A stretch of 64,000 nt of DNA. Origin: Enoplolaimus lenunculus (taxonomy: Eukaryota). The translations under genes and the position numbers were made by a program. The DNA is taken from positions 558,001 to 622,000 of the forward strand of contig JASANG010000611.1 of assembly GCA_030248215.1 (NCBI GenBank). The letters run 5' to 3'. The notes beneath the pieces were generated by a model. It was not told where the DNA came from and ran no database searches. It was given only the letters and a program-made list of their open reading frames with translations. This document shows positions 1-11,804 of the stretch, in pieces (position 1 is the stretch's first letter; each line of letters starts with the position of its first letter).

Positions 1-3000
1 CATCCGCAATCCGGTGGACAAACTTCTTGCGGTCCGCCACAGAAGCCGTGTGGTTGTATGTTGCCAGGACAAACTGGTTCTAAAATAACGGTCCCATTGA
101 AATTAACCCTTAAGTTGATTATTTTAAAAAGTAAGCAAGTGTCCTTTCTTTTAGCTAATACAGAAACAGGCTACTTAATGTTTAATTTTAAACTGGTCGA
201 AATTTAACCAACGCAAACGAATGAAATCTGGCTTACAATACTTGCAAGGTTTTAGAATGACATCCCTGGCAGTTTAACAAACAATACTAAGAACAAAATG
301 TTAATTTTTATTTCGCAAGTGTGCCAAATTTCAGATAGTATACATCTTTTTAGTTCCTAGTGTACGAAACTGTAAGTCCTACGAATAACGGTACTCTAAA
401 TTGCATTAGTTTATTGAATACGTATTTCAAGCCAATAAAAAACAAGCTATCGTTAAAGGGTCCAGTTTAAAATTTAAAATATTCAAACGGATGGATGCTT
501 CAGAAACCTATGAAACGAACGGTGACAGATCGAGTATCTTTAGAAGGATAATCGTTTGTTTTGAAATTTTACTGCTTTAGCTAAAGCTTAATAGCAAAAT
601 GTTTTAATGTAAAATATTTCAAATTGGGCCCAAAAATGTAAAATGAAGACTTCACGCTGTTTTAACTAGAAAACACACTGTGAGTATTAGATAAATTTTC
701 TAACGCAAAATTTCAGCATAGGCTAGTGGAAAAATGAGTTCTTCATTTCCTGGTTTTAATCCTGTAAACAGAAATTTTTTTGATTAACAGTCAAACCATC
801 GTTCTATTCAAATTTTTGTACTTTAACTCGAACTTGTATCGCTTACGAGGAATAACTGGTGGTGGTGGTGGTGGAGGCGGTGGCGGGCAACAAACGCCTT
901 GGTTGCAGCTACAATCTTGAGGGCACGCTTGCTGTGGAGCGCCGCAAAAGCCGCGTGGTTGAACGTTACCTGGGCAGACAGGTCCTAAAATAAAACGTAG
1001 CAGTGAAAGCGATTACAAACACAGAAAGCATTTGCGAAATTAATGTTTATTTTCAATTTAAACATTTAGTGATTCGGTTTCAATTTGACAATCGAAAGCC
1101 AGTATTTCAAATATGAGATTCGCGCATGATTATTTCCACGCAATGAACGCACGTAATTGCGGATGTCGTATAACTTTTACTTCGAAACTTTAAGCGAATT
1201 TTTTTAACTTACGAGGTATAATCGGTTGCGGCGGCGGAGGCGGCGGAGGCGGCGGTGGGCAACAAAGGCCTTGATTGCAACTGCAGTCTTGAGGACACGT
1301 CTGTTGTGGTGCACCGCAGAAACCACGTGGTTGAACGTTACCAGGGCAACCTTGTGCTGAAAAGAAAATTTAATCTCCAATTTGTGGTTCTATTTATCGT
1401 TTTTCTCTCCGTGTCGCTTTTATAATTTATGGCAGAAACTGGAACTCATAAATTACCGAATTTTGTATCTGGACCGAACATTAAAACATATTTAATGATC
1501 AAATATATATACAAAAAGTTTCAAACCTAATAAAATTTTATAAATGTGCGGCAAATTAAACAGCAATTTTTGCTTAATATTAATTTAATATGAAAGTTTG
1601 GTCTAACGTTTTTTTACTCACGTTGAATGATGGGCATTGGACGTGGTGGTGGTGGTGGCGGTGGCATCGGAGGTTGTGTGCAACACGTATCTTGAATGCA
1701 TGTGCTGGGACCAGGGCATGCATTTTGTGGTCCACAACCGCAAACTGCAACTGCGTTCGGTCCGCATACGTCGGGTGCTGTAAAACGTAGATATAATATA
1801 CAACAATAAGGATCACAATTCACAACATAATGTGGTCTTTTATTTTCTTTAATGTACAAGCATAGGTGGTTAGAAATATAACATTGTTATTTCAATTACG
1901 ACCGCCTTATGCTAGTACATAGGTGTATGCCTATTCCACGCAGCTATTTCAACATAGTGCACTGCGCAATAAAAAAATTGCTGAATTAATTTGCCGGGAA
2001 TTCATATGATCTACGAGCGAGGCTAAAACTTTTCTAGAAGAAACTAAAATTCTGTAATGAGCGTCAAATGACTCGTTATCGAGGAACATTTTAATATCTG
2101 TAGGCACAGCAAATTATGTTGCATTGCTGACCTGGAGCATTGGTACAAAGTTGAGCGGAAGGTTGAAATTGACTTTGAAACGGACACGTTTGTTGTTGCC
2201 ATACGCCGCAACGCGACGGAGCTTGTGCTGGCATTTGGCATTGCATAAACTGTTGCGGACGTGCTGGATATGATGCAAGCGACGCAGTTTGCCAATTACA
2301 TGCTCCACCTATTTGTGGGTTGACATTGCGTGCTGGAAAAATAAACGCAGACAAAAGTTAAAAAATTACAAAAAATGGTATATATACTACAATCAAGAGT
2401 AGATGGTGAAGAAGTACAATAAGATTTTCAAGGATTTACTGTAGTTTCAAACGCAACGCTTCATCTCACAAAGCAGAATGTTTTAATTAAAAATGAGGTT
2501 TGGTTGATCTATTGCGGTTCATAATACCAAGAATGGATAATTTCGGATAAAGTGCGACACTTGCAAACGTTAGATTTTATTGGTCGAAACATCACTCGGT
2601 CTGAATTTGATAATACCCTCATCAAGCTAAAACGAGGTAAAACGGCAAATTTTGCACATTAAACCGGGACAAACAAACAATACCACTTGTTGTGTACGAA
2701 ACTATAATATTATTGGTACAAATTTGCAAATATGTTCCAGACTTTTTCATTTTCAAACGTAATTTTTGTATAATGCAATAAACGAATGTTTTTTGGCACA
2801 GAAATTACTGACCTGAAATCAACTTTTTTATGTTCAGAAAATTGCTATATTGAAATAAAGAAAATTAGGTTTATACAAACATCTCTACTTTATAAATCCA
2901 ACAAGGTTAAATGTGACGCCTTGAACACACACGTAAATATATTACTCCGTACTTTGAGGTTAAATTTATTGTTCCGTACTACTTGGTTAATTTTTATTCG

Positions 3001-4880
3001 TTACCTCCACAAAAGTTTCCGTTGTGATATTTTCGAAGTCGCTTTTTATTGACACATTTTTGTCGAACTTGAACAAACTCTTCACCTGCTGCGCACGAAC
3101 GTAGCTCCCAGCGTCCTAATTGAAGACCCCTGAAACGGTAAATATACGCTTATATCTCGCTTTGTTTACTAATTAATTTTCATTTTATTGAAAACGGAAA
3201 GAACTTGAGAGTCAACTAAACGTTTTCGTTATCGTTAGGGCTTTTATTTTGTTATGGTTATGAAAAGGAACAAGTACAGTAGATCTCAGTTTTAGTTTCC
3301 TCGCGAAGAATACATAGTTTCACGCGACTTTAATAAAACAACTGTCTGTTATTACCAAATTTGCTCGAAAAATTGGGTTGTTTCATAGAGACTTCAAAAT
3401 TAAATCTTCGAATTCGTATCTTTTTGCCGTGGATGCCGAATGTATCATCGTAGTTATTAATACTGAACAGCACAAATTTGACTTTAACTGTTTTCCACCC
3501 ATGTTAACTATAGGGTCCTGCGCACTAAGCCAAACATAAATCTAATTTAAACCAAAACATAAGAAAAAGCGCAAGTTTTCCATACTCGAACATTCCTGGT
3601 TCCCCTATCGTCCAATATGCAGGCCCCATAATTCACAAGGGGAAGTTTTCAATAATATTTTAACTTACCATTTATCGCCCCCAATATCTTTGCAACTGTA
3701 GTAACTCGATTTGCTACCATCGACCGCTTTCTTATAGACTGAAGTGTGACACAAATCTCCTTTGAGCGATTCCGCTGAAAATATTCAAATGCTTCAGTGA
3801 AATTGAAGCCTAAAACCCTAAAAAATTATGTATTGCCCCGCGGTAATTCAAGTGCCTAGCCGTCCAACGTTGTTCGGCGTCTTCAAGTACGTTGAACACC
3901 GGCAGCAAACGGTGGGGTGATTTACCCTGGACGGTGTTGGACGGCATGAAAACAATCAAACAATATAGCGCATACTAAATCTTGCGCCTATTAATACACT
4001 GGCTACTCATCAGGACTTCGTAGAAATCGTTGTCAAAACGTTTCGAAATCAAAGTTTATTGGCTTAACTTGAAACTGTTCATATGACATTAGTATACTTT
4101 TAACATTTTCGTTTTTTTCAAGTTTAATGCTTTTTAAACTTGGGTGTTCGTACAGTGTTTGTTATTAAGTTGTGAAATGATTATGGAAAAGGTTCACATT
4201 TGTGAAATGATTATGGAAAAGGTTCACATTTTCGTTAGTTTAAATCAGGAGTCGGTTAAAATTGTCTCAGTGTCTACCACTGTACCTCTCACAAATGTCT
4301 GAATGGGTTTCATTTGTGGCGCAGTAACGATACTAGTGGGCGAGACATTTGACACCTAGAGTTGGACGTGGCCAACCGGTAAACGCGGATGGTTAGGAAA
4401 TTTCTGACGTGGGCATATTCACGGTACAAAATTTCAATGTGTGGGTAAAAATTTGCTCATCTTTGCCCACCTTAAATTTGGGTAACAAAAGACGAACATA
4501 GCGGTTTAAGGAAAACTTTAATTTTTAAACTCTTTGTCATGTTTTTATCGGAAACAAATATTAATCCACTGAAATTTTCTTTTTATTCGAAAACATTTCA
4601 ATATGGCGGCGTTAATTTTTTGTGAAATTATACAATTTTTTGATTGTAAAGAGCGGATATAGGCCGGTCACGGATAAAGCAATTTTGCACGGGTACACCA
4701 GTGGCTAAACAATTAAAATTTCCACAGGTAAAACGCAGGTAAAGTAAACAATTACACATTGTTATTTCTGTTTGACACAGTGGTCCTGGTCAATGAGTAT
4801 TTTTTGCAGTTACACTTTCAAGTTGCCTTACCTCTATGATATATCGCCAGCACAACTACGGAACACAGCAAGATTTTCAT
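1..4880 (-). CDS. Secreted cuticle/eggshell-type protein with signal peptide, two chitin-binding type-2 (ChtBD2/CBM14)-like domains and tandem Cys-rich (WR1/CC-like) poly-Pro repeats; 3' end runs off the window
   Basis: Exons on minus: 4880-4832 (MKILLCSVVVLAIYHR, hydrophobic signal peptide), 3774-3669 (AESLKGDLCHTSVYKKAVDGSKSSYYSCKDIGGDKW), 3129-3005 (GLQLGRWELRSCAAGEEFVQVRQKCVNKKRLRKYHNGNFCG), 2332-2132 (ARNVNPQIGGACNWQ...PQQFMQC...CGVWQQQTCPFQSQFQPSAQLCTNAP), 1777-1622 (APDVCGPNAVAVCGCGPQNACPGPSTCIQDTCCTQPPMPPPPPPP), 1356-1213 (PQGCPGNVQPRGFCGAPQQTCPQDCSCNQGLCCPPPPPPPPPP), 984-847 (RPVCPGNVQPRGFCGAPQQACPQDCSCNQGVCCPPPPPPPPPP), 79-<1 (QPVCPGNIQPHGFCGGPQEVCPPDCG). All introns are GT..AG and the phases join without a stop. 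The G-x-W...C-x2-G-x2-F...C spacing fits nematode ChtBD2-like domains; the domain names are inferred from Cys spacing. Confidence 0.85.
4171..4230. repeat. Exact 30-bp tandem duplication in intron 1 of the chitin-binding gene
   Basis: TGTGAAATGATTATGGAAAAGGTTCACATT x2. Confidence 0.95.
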
Positions 4881-6899
4881 TGCTGTGGTTTATGATTAAA
4901 AGAGTATGTTTAAGTGTATATGAATGAAAATAGAATTTTCCGTCTTCTATACGAACCTCTGCAACGCAACTGAATAAAGAAGTCGATCAAAATTCGAAGC
5001 ACTGTGTGGAAAACGTTATTTTATTGCTAACAGTAGTCTCAACTGTATGCAGCACCTATCACCAGTTAGGAATAAGTTTTTAAACAAGCAAACTGCGACA
5101 GTTGCGAGTATCATATTTAACATGAAAATAGAATAATCGAATTGCTAAAACAAAACCAAATTTCAAATCTCCTCATTTTGTTCGAAAGATACACAACTTA
5201 TCACCAACTGGTAATACATGCTCCACCCATTTGAGAATATGGACACTAACTCTTTTATATTATGAGATACAAAGTTAACAAAAATGGTAAAAACCGTTAT
5301 TTTTCCAAAATAAACTAGGGCTTCGATACATCGGAATATCGACAGAATGGTGCCATCCACGGTTTGTGCGGCGTTTATATAAGCATTTCGCTTCAGCTTT
5401 AGCCTCAGTACGAAATTGTTTTAAAATTTCAATAACAACGCTGTGTATATAACTTGATATTTTTCGTTTAAATCTTGTTTTAAACTATTAATTACTAAAA
5501 CGTTAGAGAGTGGACGCGTGTCTACGTAAGCGTTTTAGAAAACTCACGAGGTCTAGAGAATTTGTCAGCGTTCAGGGGAAACAATCCTATTGTCTACTAA
5601 AGTGCTTTTTACGATGCTTAGGCAAAAAAACATCACAAAACTATATGAGCAAAAATTTAGGAATTTACGTTTCGTAATTTTTCGTAAATTTCGCTCGTAT
5701 AACATCGTCGTTCTGCTGTATAAAGAACAAGTTTATCGGCTTTAAACCAGAGTTTAAATAATTAAATATTTGAAAACGCTATATTTCAGTTTTAGTTTAT
5801 TTTGAAAAAACAAAGCTTTGCAAAATAATGTTAGTTTCAAAACCCTTGAAGAATTGTAAAAAAATTATAGGAAATGTTTTCCTCGTGGTCTACAGATTTG
5901 AAGAAGTCCGGTGCATGCGCGCATGTAACAGTGCCATTTAACCACTGTCCTTTGTTTCAAATTTGAGGAAAAAATTTCAAAAATGTAATATTTCTTAAGT
6001 GAACCGGATTTGTTCGGAATGTTAAACCGTTTTCGTAAACAGCGTTCAACTGGTTTGCGTAAGATGCAGCTAGAGAGTCAAGACCCAACGTGTGCAAGCT
6101 AGTATGTCAAACTAAGGATAATTCTTTGATAGCCGGATAGAAACAATTGCTGTGGAGCCTGCTGTATAGTAGCTGATGCGGGCAGAGGGGTTCACATACA
6201 CGAGGTTCAATAAATGGTGGTGAAGAAAACTTCGCGCAAAAAGTGATCGAAATGCAGCTAAATGCAATTTTAGTAATTTGAATGGTACACAGAATACAGC
6301 AGTTTTCATTATTTCTAATTTTTGGCTGGTTTTCCTAACCAAACATGGTGGGCCGATCCCCTGCTGCTGGACCGCTGCTATGAGCCACGCGTAGATCGGA
6401 ACTCGAATTTTGTCCAAAATTATCAAAATTTCGGAAATAGGCACCCCAGAAACAGAGTACTGTTAAAAGAGATGGTCTTAATCAAACTCGGTGTCCGTGT
6501 GATGTTGCTGAGCGTTCTCTTCCAAAAATGAAATCGCAGATAAACAGGTTCAAATACACCTGTCAGAGCTGAACAACTAGGTATATTGTAGATGAATACG
6601 CAACCTTAAGTTGAAATACGCTTTTACACAAGAGAGTTTAACATGTATATATACTGCACTTCTGTGACGCAACAAATTCGAATTATAAACCCTTTTGCAC
6701 AGGATGCTCGGAATCTCGGATGTCATCCAATCACAATTGTTTTTCCTTATTGCAGATTCTGAAAATGACAAATATGACATCTGTAGTATGATTGATTTTG
6801 CACTCGTATATATACGTAGTTTTTAAAGCACTTTTGTTGCATCAAAATGAATATTAATAAATAACAATTATCCATACAATTGAACTGAACTAGTATATA

Positions 6900-9800
6900 C
6901 CAGGATTGACCGAACCTACTTACAAATTAGAACCGGTACCTGTTAAGTTGGAATAGGAGCCGAAACTTTTCCATAAATTGCCTGAAAGCTCCCTTAACTG
7001 AGGAAAGCCTTCTTTGATGATGCTTGGCTCTAGTGCAAGAGTTTCGGGGTTCATTTTGTGCAAACACCACAGTTCTTTGAGGATTTGTAAGCGGAGGAGT
7101 TGCGTCTGGCGAGTACCCGTAAACAACGGATTGCGTCAGCATCTAGTAAGTAAGGTAATACAACGGAAATGGGTGTATAAGAAACTGAGCATACATCGTC
7201 TGCGGAACAGCGGCCGGCAAGCCCTTCAAGCAGAGGGGCGTCAACTGCGACGTCATCTGAGGAAAAAATGGCAAGAAATGCGACGACATCTGTTGAAAAA
7301 ATGGCAAGAAAAAGAAATGTGAAAGAAAAAAGGAGTAACTGAAGTGAATTTGGATGAGCTTGGCGCGGCAATGATCGTAATACGCTTATCAACAACGTGC
7401 AAGGACGAAAAGATGGAGTTGCAGTCTCGTATAATGGAAGCGGAGAATGTTGCCGTTACGTCCGAAAATTCAGGACAGCATAATCCTAAAAATGTAACGG
7501 TAAAGGAAAAGGAAAAGAAAAAGAAAAAGCACCGATTATAGAGGAGTAGGATAAAGGTAGTGGAAGTACGTCAGAGTGCACTTCGGCTACATCGGGCCTA
7601 AAAATGGTGGAATATGTTGGATCCGGAGGCGTATAAGAAGGGAAAGCATCCTTGGTTACCTATGGAAACGGATCATCCGAAGAGGGGACACGTTGCGGAG
7701 TTTAGTTAACTGTGGAAAGAGATAGATACAGAGGACGGAAATGGACTTGGAATTATGGAAATGGCGAAGAAGTTGCGAATGTATCTGGAATTCGCGATGG
7801 GCGCTATGAGAGATCTCTTGGATAATGCGGATCGCTTAATGCAAGAGCAGAAAAAGGTGGCTGAATTGGAGGTGCCAGCGTTGGCGGCTGGAGACAAGCT
7901 GCAATGCGCTAACAAAAATGTTACGGGAGCAGAACAGTTGACGAAGTAGGCTGAAAACAAGGTGAAAGATAAAGAAACATAACGTCACATTACAATTAAC
8001 CAAAGGAAGTAAAGCTGTTAGCGGCAGAAAAGCTTCAGCTGGAAACACAGGTGCGGCAAATAGCAAAGGTTAAGGTAGAAGAGGAGTCACAGCTGGGTAA
8101 GTACTCCGGAATAGAACACCACTTTAGTCGTCTTTGAAAAGATAGGCTACGCGTCGCAAGAAAGTTTTAAAACGACAAAGGTCGCTAACCTCAGGGCTTA
8201 TCCGTAAGACGCTGCGACTGGAGGTTGGGGGAGAGACGGAAGCAGGAAGTTTCAGAGACGGAGGTGGAGCACGGTGATGGAAATCTGCGGGGACGGGCGC
8301 AAGTCCGGCTACGTAATTGCCTTTTTCGATTTGGTAATATTGGAACGGGGCCAGTTCATGATTATTTATCGAGTTTGCTACTAATAATTGTTGTATTCAA
8401 ATTATATTTTAGGGCAAAGATTCACCGGAGCAACCGGATTTGGGGTTGCCGGGCGATTTGTTAGGACATTTGGCAGGACATGGGAGATAGCGGTGTTGAA
8501 GGCATATAAGTTATACTTGAAGCGAAAGGCTTCGATTAGTGAGTATTAGCTGCTTGTGTGTTCCACATGCTGGATATAGTGCCAGAGACGTATCAGGCAT
8601 TAATGAGATGGTTTGCAAGAGTGATAAAGTAGGAAGTAGCTAGTTTCGCGCGACTTGCATTGGGGCGAACTCCGCCGGATTTTTTTTACCGCTGTCGGCT
8701 CATGCGGTAATGCTGTTATTTGATAGAGCAAAGTATCCATGGATAGCACGGTTATGGCCGATGATCACAACTCTAACTTACCCGAATCACAGGTATTGGT
8801 TTGGTTTCTACGAAAACAGTTGGAACGGGAGAATTTAAAGGCGTTGCGTTTGAAGAATGCAATAGCGAGACCCTTCAGGGTAGATACGGTACGAGCAGTA
8901 GCGAGGCTGCGCGCCTGGTTCACTAAAACGTACCCGTATATGGAAAATAGGAGAGAAACGGAGTTACCTGGATTAACTCTGGATTAAGGAACCCGGCATT
9001 CTACGGCTTAAATGATGAGTCTTTGGATCAAGAAGAAACGGATGAGCTAGCAAGACTCGCTGTGATTAACCGGAGGGCGTTTGATTTGTGCAGAGGTTGT
9101 TTGTTGGAGGATCGCCGGAGAACACATGTAGTAGAAGCATTGGATGCCCAATCGGTATCTCAGACGGAGTCTCAACCGTATCCGAGTAAAGTCTGGACGC
9201 GAGCAAAGTCTCAGAGTCTCAATAGAGAGGGGGTAAGGCGGAGGTGCTGACGAAAACTCAACTAGGACGTAGCGGTGAAATGCAGAAGCTGTTGCATGAA
9301 GAAATCAGTAAGGAGGAATTTGAGTTAGTGGATGAAGGCGAAGAAACGCCGTTATTCCCGAAAGGTAAAAGCAAAAAACAGGTAACATCGCTACGAGAGG
9401 TGGAGTTAGTAACGCCTCCTTCAGCGACGACGGAACCGGGAGCAACAGCACTGTTTCCTAGATTAGCTAGGATACAGGAACAGAAATTGAAATTGTAGGA
9501 CAAGTTTAGAAAAGAGTTGCAACAGCTAAACCCGCCGGGAAGTACAGAGCGACCACCTACACCGGGTTATGTGCAGGTGAAAGGCCCGGCGGGAGAAGTT
9601 GAATGGAGGTTCGATCCGAAACAGTGTAGGGTGTCTTCTCAGTATGGACGCGCTAGTGCTAGGGCTCCAGAACAAGTGTTGCTACGACCGACCGCAGGGT
9701 CTGTGGTAAGCCGAATAGGACTGAGAAAGGCAAATCGAGTGTACAACGTGGCGGCTTTACGAGCGCACGTTGCGACGGGTACGAAGAGTTGGTTAACGAG

Positions 9801-11234
9801 GAGAAATTTGTCGACTGTGAGGGCGACCGCTGGACGAGGCAGGGAACAGCCACAGCTACGACAGTTGTCAGGCGAGCGGCATCCGGCGAGCGTTCATGGT
9901 TTTTGGCGAAATCCCAGACTCCGGATGATCGGCGATCTTATTGACTACTGCAAGTGAAAAATGTCCGTCAACGTATTCTTGAAAGTGACGGCTGGAACGG
10001 CAACAAGAACAACAAGGCACGGGGAAGCAGCCGTTTTCGGAGTCACGGGGTCGAAGCCAGGAACAGTATATGCAAGAAGAACTGGACTCGTATTATACAG
10101 ACGTTCAAAATCGAAGCGTAGGTTTCATTTTTAATGGGATAATTCGGGGATGTTAGGTCGGGGTACTGGAGTTGATAGTACGCGAAAACGTCGGATATAT
10201 TGAAGATTGAGGTGTTGGACTTTAGCGACACTTAGAAAATGTTGAGATATCGGGTGGTAATAGATACAATTACGGGGCGCAATGACAATAACGGTCTTGG
10301 ATTGAGAGTCTGGGAATTTGTACATTAGTTGTTTTATCGGCCAAGAGAAAATAAAATAAATAAATAAAAATTGTCAATATTGTTTACTTGTATTATTTGT
10401 TGATATTTGTTGTTGATATACGCGTTTTAGAGACGTTCAAAAAGGCGGGTAATAAAGATGATACAATTAAGTTCGATGCCTAGGCCGGCATATGTGTCGA
10501 AAGGGGGGTGTAGGTGACCCTGGCTCCACCTTGACTCTCTTAGAACTTATAAGTTCGCTTAGGCGTTGCTTAGAGGCGTAAAATGTGTAAAATCGTGGTT
10601 ATGGCGGCAGTACCGCACTGTATAACTTATCTAGGCTCTGCGCGACCATTGAATTATATTTTATATTTTTATGGGCTATTTCTCCAAATAACGGCTTAGC
10701 TAGGGATAACTTAGCATGGCGTGGGTGTCTCATTGTTATGTGGTCAATTGTTGTTGTTATTTATTGTTGTTGTTGTAAGGAAACCAAAAGGGAGTTGTGT
10801 TGTTGTGGGGTTGCGCATAGCGCAGGATTGCACAGTATTCTAACTAATGGATTTCACAATAAACGATATTGGAAAAAGTCGAGTGATTATAACGCGGTTA
10901 GTTTCACTTTTCTTAAACCGGAGATAGCCATTCTAACAGGGTTAGTTTGGCAGAAATTTTGGAGAGCTGAAGAATTTTAGCGTAATTTTAACGGCGTTAG
11001 AGTTGCACGGCTTTTGGCGAATTTGGAGAACTTTGTAAATTGTGAGCCAGTGACTGAATTAAACCAAAAATTAGGCATAGAGCTCGCACGGAATTTCGGA
11101 TCAGGCTACTGCTGTTAGGATAGCTTGCAATCATTTGTCGCAATTGTATAATTATTCAGTGTCATATTGGTGTTGGGTGATGTTAATAAACATTCAACCG
11201 GCCGCGTCGCTAAATTGGATCTTCTAGCGTAACA
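6900..11234 (+). mobile_element. Decayed LTR-retrotransposon-like element: degenerate internal ORFs of unknown function followed by PPT and one LTR; no RT/integrase seen
   Basis: Purine/G-rich plus strand, distinct from the flanks. Protein-like frames are broken by stops and frameshifts (e.g. 8739-8987; 9244-9957 is one frame with a single TAG at 9496). A polypurine tract (GAAAGGGGGG, ~10499-10508) lies directly before TGTAGG at 10509. The 5' boundary is uncertain and no matching 5' LTR was found. Confidence 0.55.
10509..11234 (+). repeat. Putative 3' LTR (~726 bp)
   Basis: Starts TGTAG immediately after the PPT and ends CGTAACA at 11234 (TG...CA). AATAAA at ~11185, about 45 nt before the end. 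Confidence 0.55.
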
Positions 11235-11642
11235 TCGAGAGAGCACAGAACTAAGTTGTGATTTGGGGCTTTAAAACTAGCAAATCATCCACTTTTCACA
11301 GAGAACATTCGGCAAAACTTCTGACTGAATCGCGACTGTATTGTTCTATCACGTCATTTGTTAAATATGTACGCTTCAAATTACTTAAAATTTGGTTCAA
11401 TATGCTGCACGCTGTGATGTAGTAAGAGAAACTTAAAATGCATAAACGGTTTACTTCAGGCCCAAGAAGCTTCGAAATTCACTTTTTGTAAACACTAATA
11501 CGAATTATTTTGCGTCACCAATCGAGCACGGGTGCAAGTCTAATTTTCAAAAATTTAAATTTTATTTTTTAGCGTTAATATCGGTCATCGTTTTCTCCTG
11601 CCAGAGATGCATTTAATTATATCTATATATGTTTTGCAATCG

Positions 11643-11804
11643 TTAGGGTTGCGCTTAACGTCCGACGCCGTCCGTCACCCACCCGGCGCCGTCCGCCAGC
11701 ATACGGTATCGTACGTGCGTAATTCATGTACGATACCGCACGGTGACGGACGGCGCCGTACGGGTGGTAGACGGCGCCGTATGACGAGTATAGAGCCACT
11801 CTAA
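11643..11804. mobile_element. GC-rich foldback MITE (PIF/Harbinger-like); partial reverse copy at ~26935-27035
   Basis: TTA/TAA flanks, repeated GACGGCGCCGT/CGCCGTCCGTC motifs and a central palindrome CGGTATCGTAC...GTACGATACCG. Confidence 0.65.

Noticed and set aside
1590..1790. Poly-Trp and poly-His ORFs
   Set aside because: Antisense and shifted frames of the CCA-rich poly-Pro exon.
3080..3085. GTGAAG as splice donor in exon 3 of the chitin-binding gene
   Set aside because: Reading through gives GEEFVQVRQKC, completing the domain, up to a GTAACG donor at 3004.
6540..6925. 5' LTR partner of 10509-11234
   Set aside because: Has AATAAA and a TTACA end but no visible similarity to the 3' LTR and no clear primer-binding site.
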